From Cetorhinus maximus (taxonomy: Eukaryota): a stretch of 64,000 nt of DNA. Positions 50,196 to 64,000 of this stretch are shown in pieces. A program made the translations under genes and the position numbers. The DNA lies in the NCBI RefSeq assembly GCF_964194155.1, contig NW_027596099.1:3534001-3598000 (forward strand). The letters run 5' to 3'. The notes under the pieces were generated by a model. It saw only the letters and a program-made list of their open reading frames with translations, searched no databases and was not told the DNA's origin. The stretch's first letter is position 1, and every line of letters starts with the position of its first letter.

Positions 50196-51062
50196 TGGGC
50201 CTATAAATCCTATTTCCTCTCTCAATGTATGCAGCCCCTTACAGCACAACACCCTGAAAACCATCTACAGCACCTCAATGGACTTCGCAATAACAGAAGT
50301 CGGTCAATAGCCCTTCAGCTGACAGTTAGATGTCTGGCCCGTTTCAATTAAACTGGAGAGGGTGCCGCGTGTTGTTTAACAAACATTTAGCTGGGGCTTT
50401 CGGTGGACAGGTACACACAGTGTTTTAAAGGCATGCCAAACATGCTGAAAACCCCTGCACAACATGGAGCACCATGTGTGAGTTTCTGGACATGACATTG
50501 ATTGGAGAAGTGAGATTAAAGCGTGATCAAATCACAGGATTTGGAATATTGAAATTGACGAGCTGAAAGACCTGGATGCTTTGTTGGCCCTTGAGCGCAG
50601 GGATAATGGTGGAATGAGAGTTGGCAAGGGTTAATTTACAGAAATCAGAGTTTTCTACGGGGTATGTTTAAAGAAGATTTGTAACTGCAATTGTCTGGCC
50701 AGATTAACATTTTAATAGCGGAGTCTGGTTTTGACAAATGCACAGCTGAGGGACCATTCGGGTGTTGTGCTGATGCAGCGCGGATAGTGGGCCATGTTAA
50801 AGAGCTGGTAGAAGACAGGCTTAAGGATGGAAAGGGTATGGGCTCAGAATTCAGCTGAGGGCCAAATGGAGCGTGGCGGTCGAAGACACTATGGTTCAGG
50901 CTTAGATAGTGGCGCGGTAGCTGGGTGTAGCGACTGGATAGGGAACGATCAATAAAACGGGAACAGTAGCAAATTACTTCCATCTTCCTGAAATGTAAAA
51001 GACAGTAACAGTAATGCAGTCAATCTGGTTTAAAGAACAGATTGTTGCATGTAGGTTCTTAC

Positions 51063-51237
51063 CGGTGACACCAAAAAGAGCCAGGATGGGAAAGTAACCC
51101 ACTTGAATTACCGCAATTACACCCTCGATCCTATCAGCTAATGATATCCGATCTTGAGAAAGATAGTAAAGCCCGGAGGATAAACTCCTGTCCATTTTTG
51201 TAAAATTCCAAGATTTTGTTCTAAGATTCTGATTCAT
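51063..51237 (-). CDS. GPR139-like: Class A orphan GPCR (GPR139/GPR142-like) copy 2, exon 1
   Basis: ATG 51237, 175 nt, donor GT 51062-51061; the join gives GVTGNLVTIVIL; 350 aa total. Confidence 0.88.
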
Positions 51238-51714
51238 TGTTGTCACGTTCCGATCTATTATTCTCAGATTCTGGTATTTTCTCTCCCCCTCTCAGAAGTT
51301 TTTGATCCTTGCGAGTGCCGAATGCGACCTTCCCCCTGACATTAGGGAAGAGCACTTTGAAATGAGCCTCGTATAAATAGCAGAGTGAAAGCCTCCTGTG
51401 ACACAATTAGGATGCAGGGAGATTGAAATTAATTCCGGAGACTGAACAAACCGGTTCAGTTAACGCGTTGCTATCCAACAATTTTTGTATCACAACATGG
51501 TAGAACATTTTCCTGGCCTGGACGGGATGTATATGGGTCGCTAAGGGAAGGAAGGCTGCGAATAGAAGTTTGACTGACCATGACATGTAAATGTTCCTTG
51601 GAGTGATATCCGTGGACAGGAGGGTTGTAAGTGTTCCACGTTGTTTATAAAAGCCGATTACAAAGCAGAATGGAACCTGGATTGATGGCCTATTTTAAGA
51701 AATCATTTATTTTT

Positions 51715-53650
51715 AAAGCGTGGGGTCCCTTAATGAAACAGGTTCACAGGAGTCTGATATGGCTTTGCAAGACTCGCAAAAAATTTATAATTCATCATGA
51801 TCATAATACAGCAGGCAAACAAAGGTTTGGTAAGTTTTCATTACGGAGACCACGAAATAAGTGGCAGAAACTCACGCTGCCCCTTTCATCCTACTAATGC
51901 CCTTATAAACCCAGGGCCCCAGCGACCAGGCACCATTATTTCTGGACCAAGGATAACGCTAGATCATTGGTAAAGAATTGATTTTCCAGTGGTCTTCTGA
52001 ACATTCACTGGAAGCATTTGCACAATTGGTATCTCCCTTGAGACATCCAGAACGCTCAATCTATATTCACCTCTCCTTTAGCGTTAGAGAATTATCCACG
52101 AGTTTGTTAACAATCTGGCATCATGCCAAGTTGGAGAGAGACTGAGGCCTTTTCCTCGGGTCTTGACTCGTTGGCACTCTGATACCAACTGAAACTACAA
52201 GGTGATAGGCTCCTTCTCTTTATGTATCTGTGCATCTCCCCCTGATCACCACTTGAGAGACAACAATGCAGTTTTATTTCCTACTTCTTGTTTTAATTTT
52301 AACTTGCCTAAATCACAAACAACTTTGGGAGCCAATCTCTTCATTTCAAGATTCGTAAAGCATTCATTAAAATGTACACATCAAGCAGTGCCCCAGGCTG
52401 GCCCGCTGAATGTCACAAAATCCCAAACTGAAAACATACCCGTGCTCCACATTCAAAATACTATTGTAGCTTGCCTAAAATTACATCTAGTTCCCATCAC
52501 TTACCCCGCAAAAACAATAAGAATTGAAAGGGTAACTTTAAGAGGAATTTTCATTTCTTGTTAGCATCTCCTCTAATTAATAAATATATCTTATCTTCCA
52601 GCTTTTACTCTAACTGTAACAATGTACTTACAGCAAATAAACAAGACTTTTCCATTAGAATCATATTCTATACAAGTCCACTTTAATCAAGGCGTTCTTC
52701 ATCCTCCATGTTTGCTCTTGATAAAGCATCTACTGTTATATTGTAACTTCCAGAGACATGGCTGAGTTTTAAGTTGTAATTGAGGGCCCTTAAAATCCAC
52801 CAAAATAGTATCAGCTTCTAGGAAGGATAATGGATTCTGGTCGTTATAAAATAATAATTTGTGCAGAATTGTTGGATGAGTAGACTTCAACATGTTGTGC
52901 AGCCAGCACTATATTTAGATTATCCTTCTCACTTCTGAGTATTTAACCTGGTAAAAAGAAAATATTTCCAGTAACCGTTCAGACTCGTCGTTCAATTCCC
53001 GTTCCGTCGCCCTGTGGTAAAACTGTTCCATTATTCACTAGCATCAAAAGCCAGTTTAAAAGGCTTCACACAATTTGATGCTGCTAAAGCCGGTGGAGTG
53101 GTGAGTACAGAATTCAAGCTGCCAAAGGCACTTAGAACATCGTTTGTCCATTCAAACCTTTTTGCTTTTCTTTACCGAGGTTGCCAGGGGAACCACTACC
53201 GTGCTGAAATTCAGGACAAACTTCCGATAAAATCCAATTATGCCAATAGTCTATAACAGCTCTCCATTAGTCTTAAGCACTGTCAATCCTAGATAACCCC
53301 TATGTTTGCTTTTCTGGAGATAACTTTGCCTTTTCATCACAGTTTGGCCAAAATCAATCACTTTCGTTTTGGAAAAGTGACTTTATGCAAAGTTTAGGAC
53401 TAAATTGTATCTTTGTAAACGACCAAACACATCATTCAATTGTTGTAAATCTCCCTCCCCAAGCTCAGCTGAACACAACTAACTTCTCAATCTATATATA
53501 ACACACTTAAATAATCCTTCAATAACGCTGTTGCTTAACCATTAAAATGTTACTGCTGCGTTCTTCATTCCGAAAGGCATGACATTACGTTAAAAAAGCC
53601 CATTCGTGGTTAGAAAATCTGATATTTATTTGGCCATTTCAGTGGACCAG
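51715..53650 (-). mobile_element. Gypsy RT-RNase H and putative LTR remnant, copy B
   Basis: Paralog of 26660-28590 (VMPFGM.NA; DQNPLSFL). Confidence 0.72.
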
Positions 53651-56600
53651 TTAAGCCAAACGTCAGATTGAAACCAGAGAGCGACCCACTCAGAATTAAA
53701 CAACTTCACTTCTTGTAGTCATTTGCCAGGAACAGGAATAACTGCAAGGTTTGTATAGAAGTTTTTCTGAGCCATATCAACAGGAAGTTGCATTGTTAGT
53801 GTGAAGCAGTGTGATCAGTCGTGCTGCAGTTATTCTCCCTTTATTAAGCTCTGAAGTGATATATTCCCGCAGTTTTCCAATCATATGAACGCCGGAACAC
53901 CCTGGGGTCATTGATGTTCTGCCATAGTTAACTAGGGGAAAAAATGAAAAACAGATATTGAAATGTGTTAAATCCCGGTTGTGGAATACTTGCTATTTTT
54001 TAGAGAGTCTCTCTCAGTGCTGTTCGACTGCACACTGGGTAGTAGTTGTTTTCTATAAATGTGGATATTAAGCTTAGCGATCGCAGGGACTAGGAATTGC
54101 AACTCAGAACTAGAGATTTATGAACATCAGCAATTGATTCCACATGTCAGTATAATAGAGGTTTGAAAACTAACAGATCACCTCAAATTACTCCATCATC
54201 TCCACTAACAAGTACATTTGTCCACTCCAATACTGAGCTCAAAATCAAAGCAGCTCCTCGAACTGATACAGGCTTTTCAGCTGCAACAGTCAGTCTAACT
54301 AAGGAAAACTGATGTCAGAATTCTAAGATGGACCCTGAAGCCAATATAGACGTTCCAAGCAATGAGATTCTGCACCTGATGTATAACTTCCCCGCCAATA
54401 AACCCTCCAGACCTTACAAACACAACCAACTGATAGAGAATGAACGACTGAAACAGACCCCCTACCCGATATGGGGCCTCCAAGAGGTAAAACTCCTTCA
54501 ATCGATCCAGCCCTTCCAATTTATGAGGCCCTCCAATCGGTAGAGACCTTCAACTGATGCAGAGACGTCAATCAATAACATCCCCTCAGCCAATACAGGT
54601 TCTCCAGCCATACTGGTCCTCCAGCCAATACATGTTCTCCAGCCAATGAAGGTTCTCCAGCCAATACAGGTCATCCAGTCAATACAGATCCTCCAGCAAA
54701 TAAAGATCCTCCAGCCAATGCAGGTCGTCCAACTGCTACAAACCCTCAAATAGATAAATACTTTCCACCGGACTCAGGCGCTCAATCCGACATGATTTTC
54801 TAACCGATATTAGCCCTCTAACAGTTGCAGATCCTCCAACTGAAATAAACCACGCCCAAAACATTACCGGTTCAAGCATTTCAGACGAGAAAGATCGAGA
54901 CAGACACTTGCACAGATATTGTCGCTCAAGCTGATGCGGCCCCTCCAAGTGAACATCCATCAGAAAATAACACAAGTCGAATAACAGCTCCCCTGAAATT
55001 AATACAGTTCACAGACTAGTCCTGAACTTACTCCAAACACTCAAATTAACAAGAGAACTCAAACTGAACTCCAAGATTATCAAAATTGTTAAGGTTTCGG
55101 GGACAATGCTGGGAGGTTCACTCCTGCGTTGGATTTCTCATTTTATTCAATTCATGGCTTTGTGTGAGTTAGGAAATAGAGGCCCTTCGAGCCTTAGAGC
55201 CTGTTCTGCCATTGAACCAGCTCAATACAAATATCCTGCCTGAAAACTCTTGTTCTGCCCTGTCCCCATATCCAACCTTGCACTTAGTATCACAACATCT
55301 TCGAAACCAGCCTTGAATATACTCAATGACTGATCATCCACAATCCCTAGGATAGAAAATGCCAAAGAATCTCAACCCTCGGCGTGAACAAATTTCTCCG
55401 AAACTCAAACTCGGAATTACCGACCCCTTACCCGAGACATAGACCTCTAGTAATAAACTCTCCAGTCGAGGGAAACAGCCACACACCATCTACACTGGCA
55501 AATACATTAAGAAAGTTATACGTTTCACTGAGGTCACCACTCACTCTTCTAAGTTCCAGAATAAAACCGCCGAGTTTACTCAACCTCTCCTCATGGAACC
55601 TCCTGCTCGTAACAAATCTATTGAAAATTGTTGCATCCTCTCAAAGCAGTGTTTCTGCGTCTTTTGTCACGGAGGCTGATGAAGTTCACCGTCGACCCAG
55701 AAATTCTCTGGGACTGAGTGTGGAGGGAGCAGCAGGATGACTGATGGAAACCGAGCCCAGGCACTCGCTTCTCAATGCACACGTTTATTCACAAAAGTGA
55801 ACATTTCAAACAGATGAAATACAAACTTTAACCACGAATTCCCCCGTGTCATTCACCGGGATTGAGGAAACCGTCTATGGGGCCGCGGAGGGGGGAGCTG
55901 GGTGCAGAGCGAAGGGAGATCCCGGGTTCATCATGGAAACTATCCCTCACTTTTAACGCCGGTCTCCCCGGCAACTCACGCCCCCTCTCGCTGCTCACAT
56001 TTTGGGGGTATCTCAGCCAATGTCCATACATTGGAAGTCATTGTCCCCGAAGGCAGAGTTACACTTGGGGCACTTGCGCTGCCACAGGTCGGTGCGGATT
56101 CTTGATTCATTCGAAACACAAGACTTGGAACCACTTGGTCAGCGCGATGTCCCTTCTCTCATTTCCACAGCAGGCAGTGGCCTGAAGTGGAGAGAGGGGA
56201 GTTAGAGTTACACAGAGTGATGTTTCCCAGGCAGCTTCTCATCCTCTCAAAGCGAGGTCGTCCCAGATAAAATGCCCCCGCCCCATCGGAAATAGGTCAA
56301 TAATTTGGAAAATGGACCGTTTCAACCTCGCCCACACCCGAGGACATTACATTCACCTTTCTTCGTAATAACCCCAGGAAAATGGACGGAGAGTAGCCCG
56401 TCCCAAATGACAATTTATAAAATGGAAATGAGGGTCCCCATTAAACAGTTACCAACTCACCGACCCCATAATCGACCCATGTAGCCATGCAACTCTCCTC
56501 TCACTAAGATACTGTCCGAGACTAAATCCCTCCTCTTCCAGAGGTCATTTTCAAACTTTTAATCCAATTTGAAATGGGCACAGTAAAGAATCTTTTTCCA

Positions 56601-58077
56601 TAAGGGAATGAAGCGGTCATGCCCCCCTCCCCTGTCATCCAATGATATGGACTGATTTAACATTCCATCCCTTACCATGGAAAATCGGGAGACCTCTCTC
56701 CAACCGCTAGGTAAATTAACCATTCAACACATCCTGGTCTATGGACCAATCGTGATCAGTTGCACTGAAAGTTGAATGACAGCATCTATCAAAACGCAGA
56801 TGCATCGTTTTCCATCACACCATTCCAACCGATCCCTCCACAATTACAATCACGTTCCCTATTCCTCCATTGCCGTATTGCCCTCTCTCCACTTCCGACT
56901 ACACCATTACAATTACCCTACACCACTCCACACCACATTTCCCATTCCACCATTTCAGTGCCCTCCCAATTCTGACATCCCCAACATAACCCCTCTTGCT
57001 TGTCCATTCCCTCATAACAATTAGTCTGACTAGCCTTTCCCCATTCTAATCGCCCTAATTCTCAAACATCGCTTTCCCCCTCCCTACTCCCCCTACCCAC
57101 CTTGACCGCATCCCTGCACACAACACTTCCGTTTCCCCCTCCCCACCTCCTTCGCCCATCCACACTTACCTATTCAACCTTCTTCCATCCTGTCTCAACA
57201 TTACACCTTACTACTTTCCCAATTCGCCTGTTGCGATTCTTTTCCATTCCAACTTCCAATGTGTCTACCATGTCCCTCATCCCCTCGTCAGTCCCACACC
57301 CCAGTCAACCAATTGATTTTCCCTCTGCTATTCCCCTGACTATTCCTATTTCCCCTCCCACTTCCCATCCTTTCCGCCTCACATCCTCCCTCCCCTTTGT
57401 ATTGGGACTTTCTACTATTCACCATTTCCCAATGTCACGCCTCCGCCCTCGATTTCTCATCGCCATTCCCCTCCCATTTTCATCCTCCCGATTAAACTTC
57501 TCCTATTCCGCCACTTCAAAACTCCTCCCCCATTTTCCCATTCGTTATCCTCATTCCCCACCTCCCCATTCTCCTTCTTCATTTATCCCTTCCCATCCCC
57601 CTTCATCAATTATCCATTCCCTTTACCTCACCTGTTTCCCACCCCGCTTCCACCCTTCTCCATCATCTCACCTTCCAGTTGTTGTTCGGCCATGGGTTTA
57701 GGGCAATGCTGGCTAGGCCAGCATTTAATGCTCGTCCTTAATTGCCCTTGAGAGTGGCTTCTGCGCTGCATCCTTGAACCGCTGCGTTCAATGTGTTTGA
57801 GTTGTTCACATGTGGCAAAGAGACACAGATATGGAGACACTGAAGCAGACAATTGCAGGCAGCAGCGGGTCATGCTAAATAGATGGAAGTGATGGACAGG
57901 CAGTGCTGACGCTACTGACTGGAATGGTTCCAGGTCAGAGAGACTTGAGTCACGTGGATTGTTTGAACAAACTGGCACTGCTACCCTAATAGAAAAGGAG
58001 GTGAGTGGATTTGATGGAGGTGTTCAAAATCATGACATTTTTCGATCAGAGGAGATGGAGAGAAAATAATCCCATCT

Positions 58078-61000
58078 CTAAACGCTTAAAGAGGGTTCTG
58101 TCCCAAGATAAATCCAACTGAGGATCAGCTGTATCAAAGTTCCAATTCAAACTGTGAAACATTACAACGCCCCCCATGCCCCCGTGGGTGAATTTGTATC
58201 TAGGTAAAAAGTCCCACGTGCTCATGAACACATAATCAGGTTGTGATTTTTGGCAAGCAATTTTAGTTCAAAACTTATAATTGATACATATTCTTTACAT
58301 CGTGCATTCCTTTAATATTAATGATTAAACAATTCCGTTTTCAAAGTGCTGAGGCTCCTCTGCAAAATTGAAGTTCAGGGAAGAAAAAACATTAAAACTT
58401 CACGCGCACACACACACAGAAACGTACACACATACGCACACAGAAACATACACACAAACATACACATTCACGAAAACACACACACACAGACGCAGACAAA
58501 CGAAGATACACATATTATCTACACAGAATATTAATTACTCACTTAATTATCTCCATTCATGCCACACCTGACGTAAAAACCCAGAACCTAAGTGAAGTGC
58601 TTTATTTTCTTCTTTCTGATAAATTCAGTGAACGGAAACAGCTAAAAGAGTAGCGACAGTAACATCCAATTATGCACAGCACAGTGGCAGCAGGTCAGGC
58701 TGCTTTGGCTGCAAGTTATTGAGAAAAATGAAGGCGTAAGGAAAACACATGGTACTCGAAAATCGCTCGGGCTTATCGGCAATAGGGACGCCATCTCTAG
58801 GAAAACACATCTAGGAGAACATTAGCAGATGTTTTGGCCAACTGCGAAATACTATAAATATAGTGGGATACGCCTGTCATGAATAAAGCTCACTTTATAT
58901 CTCACATTAATAGTATTGACTTATGCATCAAGTCCCGGATTGATCCAGCTATTGGAAGGTTTAATGGGGAAAGCGCAGGTGTCTATCTAAGCCAGTGCTG
59001 TAATAGCCCTTGGAATGCTCGATGGGGGCATTGCAGAAAGAGAGTTGTCCGTATCTAAATCTTCGCTGTACCGGCGCTGAGATGGGTATGATGGGGACAG
59101 TGAATAGGCAGATTGGTTCTATATCTCATGTATTGTTGTAGCTTCCCTGAGAGTGTTTGATGTCTAAAGTGGGAAATTTGCCTTCATCAAACCACGTGAA
59201 ATACTGGTTCTTGGATTACGTGATTAGGAGATTTTAGAGGGGGCATTAATCTATATATAATCATATGCTATACCTGCCCTGGAAATGTTTGATTGGACAG
59301 TGTAGCCTCCTGTCCTGCCCTGGGGACTGCTGAAAATGTTTCTTTGATCTCCCACTGAGAGGTCTCCCGACTTGCAATGTTTAAACATGATCGTTAACCC
59401 ATAACGATGCACATATCCGATGTTCCACATGTATGGGTGCAGCCACTTTACTAGTTGCTTCATACTTTGCTTCTAAGTCTACAAACATGTAATCCTATGC
59501 ATCATACCATTCGCGGAACTATTTCCCAAACCCACATTAACCCTTACTCTGCCAAAAACCTTTATATTACTATCGTCATGCTGCTACCCGATACAATAGC
59601 CCCCTCCTTTAAACCCGACCATCCTCCCTTCCATCATAGTATAATTATTTACAATAAAACCTTTGTTTGCTACCTTTCTCCGACATCAACACCGCCGTCC
59701 CGTAACAACCCCCCACCCCACCCCCACTCCCCCTCTCAACACCCCCGACACGCGCACAACCGGCAGCGATATTACGTCATCAATTTAGGTGCTCTTGATA
59801 TTTTACAATTCTTTCACATGCCTGTCTGTTCCGTGTGGATGAATGGTTTCAACAGCTTCTTCGGGCTGATGTTATCAGTTTAAGCTTGAGATTGTGATGC
59901 TCCTTATTTCTCGAACTTTTTTTTCTCCACTTGATTCGCTTTTTGTGCTCCTTTGAGTTCCCTTTTTGATTTTCGGAATCCCATTTGATCTGCTCGGGCA
60001 TCGTGTGTTTGTCCGGTTCCTTCTGAGGGGATTATGCAGTCCGAGCAATTCTGGAGTGGGCTCGGATTTTCTATTTCCGCTCGGCCCGCCATGATCCAGC
60101 TGGATGTTGATGTTTGACAAACGGAACATTAATTTCCACTTGATTTGCAACTTCAGCCAAAGTTGCGATTGCTCTTTTATTTTCAAATCTTTTTGCACAC
60201 ATCTGAACATTTTCCTTTAGCTCATCAAGAGCTCTTGAATGTTGAGCTGCTTTTCCTTCCGAGCTATCTGTATAATCTTTATACAGGGTTACATTGACCT
60301 GTGCAGTCAGTTCCTTTCAGGTTTTTTACATGCCCACTGACTGCTCCTTTGATTAGCGCAGCTCATTCGTTAAATCCTGAAACTGCTTTTTCGAGCTTCT
60401 CCCTTCAAAGTCTGGCTACCCTCTCCCATATGACGCATGTCATTCTCCATCTTCTTCACATTGGATGGCGGTTGAAACATTGTTCTTGATTTCCATTTCA
60501 GCCAAGTCATTTTTAAACAACTAAATGCCTCTCAGTCCGTTTGAGGTATCCGGTGATTTTCCCTTCTTGTGTCTTGACATCAGATTCACAAATTCCAATA
60601 TTTTTTCAATCGTTCTTCTTCCTTATCCTTCCACAGTGTGTGGGCCTGGCAGGAAAACATTCGGTCTTTTTTCTGGCAGATTAGGCAGAATCATGTAATT
60701 TTGAAAATTCTGGAGTCCTCCCTGCAAACTGGGTTTTAATTTTGTTCAAAGTCACGTGAAATTCATTCTGCTACTCTTCGTCATTTTGCATCAGAACATG
60801 GTTTGGCCTCAGGGACATCTGTAATGTGTCAAGATTCTTCACCAGGCTTTTCTTGGCGCTGTGAAGCTTTAATTGCTTCATCTTCCGTTTCCTTTTACTA
60901 AGCAGGGGCTCCTCGATTTTATTCTGCTCTTCTTCCCTTCTTCTGTGTAGGAGAGAGTTTAATGTATTCATACTGCTGATGAGTAATATAGTCATTGTTT

Positions 61001-61478
61001 GCTTTTTGAAGAAGCAGGACAATAAGATGTTTTCCGACTAACTATTTTCGTGGCCAACCAACGCCAACTCACCCTGAGCTTCCGTACGTTCCTTTGATGC
61101 TGCTGATATGCAGCTCTTTTCTCAAATAATATTAAACATCCTGTTTTTTGATGTACGTATTTTTAACGAATATAGGTTCATTCTGCAGAGAGCCTTTCAA
61201 CTATTTTCGTGGCCAACCAACGCCAACTCACTCTGAGCTTCAGTGCATTTCTTTGATGCTGCTGATAGTTCCAATGCAGCCCTTTTCTGAAATAATATTC
61301 AACACCTTGTTTTTTTGATGTATTTTTGACGAATATAGGTTCATCCTGCAGAAATCCATTCAATTTCGCAGCTTCTTTGCGTCTTTTTTATCCCTATTGT
61401 TTTGCCTGGCTGTACACACGGATGAGATTTTCTAACTCACGGTTTGATTTGCCAATTGTGCGACTGAGGGTGTTTCCC

Positions 61479-61509
<31 letters not shown>

Positions 61510-64000
61510 ACACCCCCAGCTTCCTTTGATTTACCTCTAACTTCTGTTTGTTCAGGCTTCGAAAATTCTAGCCCATTAAAGACTGCGTTTTGCGATGCGT
61601 TTTCAAATCTTCATATCCAGCCTGAATCTCACACTTCAATTTATACAGTTCAGCTTTGAGACAAGCAATTTCTCATGTTTTTTTAATGATTTTTCTCCTC
61701 CACGTGCCAAATCGCTATTTTTATTGATTCCCCTGTGGCTCACTACCAGCTGCTTGTCCAATCCTTGAAGCAATTATGTGTCTTTGATAGGGAAATAAAT
61801 TAGGATACATGTCTCAGCACCCCCCCATGAAGTCAGATTCCTGGGAGTTCCAGGAAGTTCTGGGCATTTATGGTCCCTCATATAACGTGTTTAAGGACGT
61901 AATTTCGCCGTTTCTTAATTTGCTAAGGGTTTTCTATGCATCTCTACAGAATCCTCAACTTGATGTTTCAAAGATTCGTGAACGGCATTTAATGTTTCAT
62001 TGAAGGAGGTTGAGGGCTTATCAATGCACTACATTGGGATTAGTGGACGTGCGAGTTCAGCAAATGGGCGTAAAGGTGTGGCTGGCCTGGACATCTCCAG
62101 ATATTGTGCTTAGACCTGATTCATCCAATAATTTAAATAAAGAAAAATATCCCTTAAGTCCATGCAGAGCAAAAATGCGGCTCTGATGCAATTCCCTATC
62201 CATGGCCATTTATTTTTGATTTCCTGATTTAATTATTTTAAATGCCATTGCACCTTTAAGGCTGTCTGTGCCACATTCATTTTTTGTCCACTTCAGGATG
62301 GCTCTGCAGCTGTTAGTAACCCTGCTGTGAATCTCCTCCCTTTATAGTCTTCGACGGATTGCTCGGTGACCATGGCGATTTTGTTCAAAAGGTTAGGCCT
62401 GTTAACCCCGAATTCATTTATTTTAATGCAAGAACCCAGGGTTCAAATGAAAGAAGCGTGTTTTTTTTTATTAAAGGCTTCAGGCTTCTCTCTACTCTGC
62501 CTGTCGTTTTAATTAACTGCATTAACTGTATTAATAAAACTTAGGTTCACTTCAGCTGCTCTACCTGGTTGAACGCTGTCAACTGTTGTTACAGCTTTTT
62601 CCAGCTGCCGCATTGGTGTGCGAAGCCCTGAGTCTGCCGTCTATTTAAAAACATACCTACAGCTTCATTTTGTATTTTCCTCAGCCTTTAGTGATTTGGC
62701 CAGTTCTATGGATTTCGCGTCACTCAGGTGTTTCCCCTCATCAAAGTGGATTTTCCCTAAAATGGATAAATCTGTCATCCTTTTTAATTTCTTCGGTTTG
62801 TTTGTGAATTTGCACTGTGCTTTTTGTGATCCGCGCATGTTCCTCGATTGTACACTTTTGAGCAGCCTGGCAATGGACTTCCACTCGCTCTGGTGCTGTC
62901 CTTAGCCCTCCACATCTCAAATGAAGCTTCATAGCTTAGTAAACGTGTCCTGTGTCTATTGTTTTCACTTTGTAAAACCATCTCTAACTCCAGCAGCAAT
63001 GTTGACATGTTATCTCCGGTCACACCATGGGAATCCGTGGACTTATTCCAGCTACTTTGAGATTTTGGTTTCTTTCATTTAGCTGCGGCAGTGCTGCAAA
63101 GTCTGATTAGGCGCCTTCCGGAGGCGCCGTCGAGACTTATATGATTATACAAGAACTGTTAATTGCTAATATCTACGTTCATACCCAAGGTACTGCCATG
63201 CATTTGGGCTGCCTTAATAATGATTCCTTCCAGGCTCCACTCTAAATTAATGTGACTCCATTCAACATACTGGCAGTACTAGTTGGTACTACTCTCCAAT
63301 CACACACCATCTCTTGCACTGCCAAACAACACTACATTAAAATGCTATGCAACTCCCGCTGAGATGGAGCTGCAGCAGGGCCTATTTTTAGGGACGCTGC
63401 CCTCTCCTGGAAGTGTTTGATGGGGATATTGTAGAGGGAGCTTTACTCAGCATCATACCCACCGCCGGAAATGTCCTGGTGGTGAGTATTTGGGACAGTG
63501 TCGAGAGAGATTTAGGCTTTATTTAGCCTGTGCCATTAATGTCCTGGGATTGATTGATGGGGGCAGTGTAGAGGGAGCTTTACACTGTCCCTCTCCCAAT
63601 GCTTTACCTGTCCTGGGATTGTTCGTCGGAAACATTGTAGAGGGAGATTTAATGTGTATGTAACCTCGTGCTGAAACTGTCCTACATGTTGTTACTGGGG
63701 AGAAACACTTGCTCTGCATCGAATACATTTTTGGTGCTTCTCTGAGAGCGTCGGCTGGGGCTTTAAGTCTAATCCTTCAAAGACGGATATTCAAACCGCT
63801 AGCTAGACCATCATTTTTATTGTCCAACAGTGGCTGCTTTCTTCAAAGGCCGCAGTCCATGTGGTTTACGTGTGCTCCCAAGTGCTGTTGGAATTTCATG
63901 ACTTTAACCCTGGGACATTGCAGGGCCAGCGATGCATATCCAGGTCTGGATGGTGAGTGGCTTGGGTGTCAGGTTCATGGTGGTGCTGTTCTCATGTACC
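58078..64000. repeat. Tandem segmental duplication unit C (partial, runs off the window)
   Basis: 58081 matches 5821; 64000 corresponds to ~12298 in A and ~39269 in B. Confidence 0.9.
59770..63137 (-). pseudogene. Decayed coiled-coil pseudogene, copy C (with internal deletions and a duplication)
   Basis: Paralog of A and B; ORFs 60771..61022 and 62741..62932. Confidence 0.5.

Larger units (their letters stand above)
33490..58077. repeat. Tandem segmental duplication unit B (~24.6 kb; begins with the 65-bp minisatellite 33490-33905)
   Basis: Collinear with A. Offsets 30458, ~26950, ~25830 and ~25070 are explained by discrete deletions. Confidence 0.9.

Noticed and set aside
3030-64000. Duplication as an assembly artefact (haplotigs placed in tandem)
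   Set aside because: Copies differ by ~4-20% with private indels, and three versions exist; too diverged for alleles, though long reads would confirm.

Overview
Repeat-rich, CpG-poor vertebrate genomic DNA. The repeat types (CR1 LINEs, SacSINE/DeuSINE-type SINE, Penelope-type ends, PIF/Harbinger, Gypsy) suggest a cartilaginous fish; this is inferred, not verified. Almost the whole window is a tandem segmental array of a ~25-30 kb unit: A ~3030-33489, B ~33490-58077 and partial C 58078->64000. Units A and B each carry an intact two-exon, minus-strand, 350-aa class A orphan GPCR of the GPR139/GPR142-like group: join(22086..22963,26009..26183) and join(47154..48031,51063..51237). The two proteins differ at about 25 of 350 residues by hand count, with a dense cluster in extracellular loop 3. 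Identity between the units steps from ~80% to ~95% at the GPCR stop codon, which suggests crossover or conversion at the gene. Each unit also carries a decayed long coiled-coil pseudogene. A and B additionally share a Harbinger transposase remnant in the GPCR intron, a Gypsy pol/LTR remnant upstream of the GPCR, several CR1/LINE/SINE fragments and minisatellites. All identities and counts are hand estimates; mobile element boundaries are approximate.
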